Assembly: GCA_002633005.1 (NCBI GenBank)
Contig: NMRA01000019.1
Coordinates: 1,259,052-1,323,051, forward strand
Direction: 5' to 3'
Length of the DNA stretch: 64,000 nucleotides
Origin: Phoronis australis
Taxonomy: Eukaryota > Animalia > Phoronida
Part shown: piece after piece, positions 61,901 through 64,000 of the stretch
Layout of the letters: the number at the start of each line of letters is the position of its first letter
Position numbering within the stretch: the stretch's first letter is position 1
Position numbers and translations under genes: made by a program
The notes under the pieces: generated by a model
The model's database searches: none
Told to the model about the DNA's origin: nothing
Seen by the model: the letters and a program-made list of their open reading frames with translations, nothing else

Positions 61901-63887
61901 GTGCTTCAGAGGTTAGGCTCACTTTTGTGTTTTTATTCAGGCACAACTTGAGGTTGACTCCCAGCTGGTTGTGAAACTCCATTTGTGGTAGGTTAGCAAC
62001 ACATCTCAGGGTGTTGGTCGGCTGACGACTCATGGCCTGTGAAATAACAGTACACAGAAATTATAGTTAAATTAAGTCACCTGGCACTGAGTGTAGGACC
62101 ACTTCATGCAACAGTCCTTGAACAAAATCCTAATAGGGACTTCCCTAACTAGTTTGGGAACTTGGTTAAGTCCCTAATTAGGGACTGTTTCATGCAACCA
62201 GGCAGTTCCCATTAATGCATTTTTCAGGAAATATGTTAAACTGTAGCTAGCACTTGATTCCACAACATAATTTAGATATTAGTTGACTGACACGTTTTCT
62301 AAAAAAATTAAACGCAAACAATTAATTGGAATTCAGTCTTGAAACAAAAATCAACTGTACATTTAAATTATGACAACTAGGTTGAAACAGAATAATACAT
62401 AAAACATGAAAACAAACAAACTGGTTTACTTAGCTAATGTGTATTACATTAATTGCATTTGCCTGTTCCTAACTGTGCTAATATATAGCAGGAACTATTT
62501 AAAATGACAATGCTATTTAAACATCATCTATGCTAAACAAAGTGCAGAACGGATTGACAACTTGTAAATGTGAAAATTAAAAATTCTGCATATAGGTGAC
62601 CTTTGCACTAATGACGTGCCTTGGGGGCTCCCATAGCCTGCATCACGCAGTGTTATTCACCAACACCACATCATGATACTTATTGGACATTGTTGAGTGA
62701 TTTACGGCGGCTCATCTTCGACACAAAACTCGCTCTTAAAAACATTTGGCAATTTTCAACGTACTTCATATTCAAATCATCGCTATATGTTGTGTTTCTA
62801 AGTAAGTTGACCAACCAATCAGAGATAAGGAATTAGTGTGCAAGTTCCACTTTAACCAATAAAATCTTCACGCGACTTCTCATTGTACCTAGTGCAAGAA
62901 ACAACGATACAATACTCACATTAATTATGTCCATAATGACATCCATGCTGCTCGGTGTGATGTTAATCAACAGCTGGTCACGTGAACTAAACATCATGTA
63001 CCAGCACTGATCAGTCTCCACATCACCGTCGACGGTGTCATAACCCTCCTCGATACCTGCAAGACGATGGTGACAGGAAATGATACAGCGCATTATCAGT
63101 AAACAAATGGTGGAGTGTGACTAGGTTGATGCTGGAATGCGTTCAATAAACCTAGCTACTCACGTGTTGAAGCTAGTGACACCAAGTGGTTCGCTTGGAA
63201 TGACTCACTTTTTGCAAACGAAAAATAATTACAAANAAGGGTTTTGGAGATAGAGCAACGGACGCCGGACGCCGCCCGGACGGACGGAGATGACGGCATA
63301 ATGCGTCCACATATAAATATGTGGGCGCATAAAAATGACAATGCTATTTAAACATCATCTATGCTAAACAAAGTGCACAACGGATTGACAACTTGTAAAT
63401 GTGAAAACAAAAAATTCTGCATATAGGTGACCTTTGCACTAATAACGTGCCTTGGGGGCTCCCATAGCCTGCATCATGCAGTGTTATTCACCAACACCAC
63501 ATCATGATACTTATTGGACATTGTTGAGTGATTTACGGCGGATCATCTTCAACATAAAAGTCGTACTTAAAAACATTTGGCAATTTTCAACGTACTTCAT
63601 ATTCAAATCATCACTATATGTTGTGTTTCTAAGTAAGTTGACCAACCAATCAGAGATAAGGAATTAGTGTGCAAGTTCCACCTTAACCACTAAAATCTTC
63701 ACGCGACTTCTCATTGTACCTAGTGCAAGAAACACCGATACAATACTCACATTAATTATGTCCATAATGACATCCATGCTGCTCGGTGTGATGTTAATCA
63801 ACAGCTGGTCACGTGAACTAAACATCATGTACCAGCACTGATCAGTCTCCACATCACCGTCGACGGTGTCATAACCCTCCTCGATAC
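22933..63887 (-). CDS. VPS13: Vacuolar protein sorting-associated protein 13 (VPS13A/C-like bridge-like lipid transfer protein), 5'-partial; VAB/SHR-BD repeats, APT1, ATG2_C and PH-like C-terminus
   Basis: Non-redundant exons, high to low: 63056-62920, 57386-57273, 57091-56973, 55711-55561, 55006-54929, 54734-54654, 53972-53773, 52742-52628, 52259-52131, 51994-51908, 48434-48216, 47946-47857, 47701-47588, 46877-46689, 46246-46121, 45933-45800, 45148-45013, 44390-44288, (43871-43755), 41917-41760, 41306-41067, 40608-40474, 39000-38849, 38527-38425, 34023-33958, 31097-31041, 30519-30383, 29767-29572, 28703-28628, 28034-27949, 27094-26971, 26483-26360, 26056-25990, 24897-24749, 23902-23773, 23046-22933 (TGA). 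Introns are GT-AG and phases are compatible. Diagnostic VPS13 peptides: [121 protein letters not shown]. Confidence 0.95.
23917..24318. mobile_element. Fold-back/MITE-like element
   Basis: 52-bp direct repeat (23943-23994 / ~24024-24076) and a 38-bp near-perfect inverted repeat (23993-24030 / 24105-24142). Short terminal inverted match acgcta / tagcgt. Confidence 0.55.
24999..25250. repeat. Polypurine (G/A) low-complexity tract
   Basis: About 250 bp, almost entirely G/A, with many GGG runs. Confidence 0.9.
27222..27503. mobile_element. MITE family B, copy 1
   Basis: Reverse-complement homolog of 54226-54507. Short TIR C(A/T)CATAA(C/T)GT and internal hairpin agaccgtctggagttg...caactccagacagtct. 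Confidence 0.75.
29576..33458. repeat. About 1.87-kb direct duplication (29576-31445 / 31609-33458) across the N gap, with second copies of three VPS13 exons (33115-33059, 32532-32396, 31800-31609)
   Basis: Both copies end at the gap. Exons are nearly identical and introns differ by small indels and SNPs. Confidence 0.88.
34495..34882. mobile_element. MITE family A, copy 2 (VPS13 intron)
   Basis: Same orientation and long identical blocks with 21042-21443, e.g. gacaacaacaaataacatgtgaaactcca. Confidence 0.8.
39061..40385. mobile_element. Non-autonomous Kolobok-like DNA transposon, about 1.3 kb
   Basis: TTAA|GGTTA... ...TAACC|TTAA, i.e. a TTAA TSD with GG/CC termini. Long imperfect TIRs of about 200 bp, e.g. 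taggaattgtttttaaaatgttccatttt at ~39195 versus aaaatggaacattttaaaaacaattccta at ~40225. Confidence 0.75.
43755..43871 (-). CDS. VPS13: Probable 117-nt phase-1/phase-1 cassette exon of VPS13
   Basis: Long pyrimidine tract plus ctcccag acceptor; open frame (G)[38 protein letters not shown](G); donor G|gtaggt. The length is a multiple of 3 and it sits between phase-1 junctions. Confidence 0.55.
49660..50330. mobile_element. Decayed Tc2/pogo-like DNA element in a VPS13 intron
   Basis: TA|CCGAATT terminus with AATAAGACCCC / TATAAGCGCCCC / AATAAGTGCCC sub-terminal repeats. Inverted counterpart CTGGCACTTATTT at 50240-50252. The right end is decayed. Confidence 0.55.
49791..50102 (-). pseudogene. 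Frameshifted stand-alone HIRAN-domain gene remnant inside the DNA element
   Basis: Stitching minus-strand frames gives [86 protein letters not shown]/..LMDKLKALL. This matches the recalled HIRAN pattern RGxHxY..W.P..GE.L...E..N..D.YA......GHVPR.IS...FL..GG...C..TG...GLE.PC. About 4 frameshifts. Confidence 0.75.
52839..53234. mobile_element. MITE with ATAAACGCCC-type sub-terminal repeats
   Basis: Imperfect TIR gggaatttccacagataaaccca / tgggcttatctacggaaaaccc, with internal inverted gggcgtttatt / aataaacgccc. Confidence 0.6.
54226..54507. mobile_element. MITE family B, copy 2 (opposite orientation)
   Basis: Matches 27222-27503 at both ends; TIRs cacataacgt / acgttatgag. Confidence 0.75.
55052..55368. 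repeat. ~37-bp minisatellite (ATATGTATGGTACATGTAGACGCAGGCAGAAATAACT) x ~9; second haplotype copy at 59358-59673
   Basis: Tandem units, some with a 6-bp deletion variant. Unit order differs between the two copies. Confidence 0.95.
55064..62500. repeat. About 2.8-3.1-kb direct duplication (55064-57835 / 59358-62500) with second copies of VPS13 exons 62036-61923, 61394-61276, 60016-59866
   Basis: The second copy starts right after N 59357. Differences include SNPs (E/Q, S/G) and an indel of about 330 bp at 61465-61797. Confidence 0.88.
57836..63331. mobile_element. Helentron-associated (HINE/DINE-1/Pearl-like) non-autonomous element, split by the assembly: left end 57836-~58078, right end 63237-63331
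   Basis: Left end ACAAGAG... with sub-terminal ATGCGCCCACA (57860-57870). Right end has (GGAC)n-like microsatellite, then palindrome ATGCGTCCACATATAAATATGTGGGCGCAT and AAAAA. The empty site ggaactattt|aaaatgacaatg is visible at 62500/62501. Confidence 0.7.
58079..59356. mobile_element. Tc1/mariner-pogo (Tc2-like) element left end, nested in the HINE; truncated at N
   Basis: TA|CCGTAATCG terminus followed by about six sub-terminal TTAAC(C)GCCC repeats (58095-58235). No transposase recognised. Confidence 0.55.
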
Positions 63888-64000
63888 CTGCAAGACGATG
63901 GTGACAGGAAATGATACAGCGCATTATCAGTAAACAAATGGTGGAGTGTGACTAGGTTGATGCTGGAATGCGTTCAATAAACCTAGCTACTCACGTGTTG
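62501..64000. repeat. About 670-bp direct duplication (62501-63169 / 63332-64000) with a second copy of a VPS13 exon at 63887-63751
   Basis: Near-identical copies either side of N 63236. The 137-nt exon encodes the same peptide in both. Confidence 0.88.

Noticed and set aside
62920-63887. Mutually exclusive duplicated 137-nt VPS13 exons
   Set aside because: The peptides are identical, the flanks are near-identical, and the copies are separated by an N join. Haplotype duplication is the simpler explanation.
1-64000. tRNA, rRNA or other structured RNA genes; prokaryotic operons or defence systems
   Set aside because: None were recognisable by eye. The remaining short ORFs in the track are antisense or off-frame shadows of exons, or random intronic ORFs.

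Overview
Eukaryotic (metazoan, probably invertebrate; inference) AT-rich genomic DNA from a draft assembly with single-N joins at 6436, 34935, 59357 and 63236 and an N gap at 31446-31608. It holds the 3' parts of two convergent, intron-rich genes. (1) On the + strand, a 20-exon segment (471-18127, about 1339 aa, about 12 cadherin repeats) of a CDHR/CDH23/PCDH15-like cadherin. It stops right after its last cadherin repeat in a Cys-rich tail (PCCCKIPC), with no transmembrane or cytoplasmic domain. (2) On the - strand, about 36 non-redundant exons (63887 to 22933, about 1500 aa) of a VPS13A/C-type lipid-transfer protein. Several blocks are duplicated across N joins and look like two uncollapsed haplotypes. 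Introns carry many non-autonomous DNA elements (MITEs, a Kolobok-like element, a hAT-like element, a Helentron/HINE-like element present in one haplotype only). One element contains a frameshifted HIRAN-domain gene that the ORF track misses. All exon calls were made by eye from splice signals and reading-frame continuity; no database searches were run.
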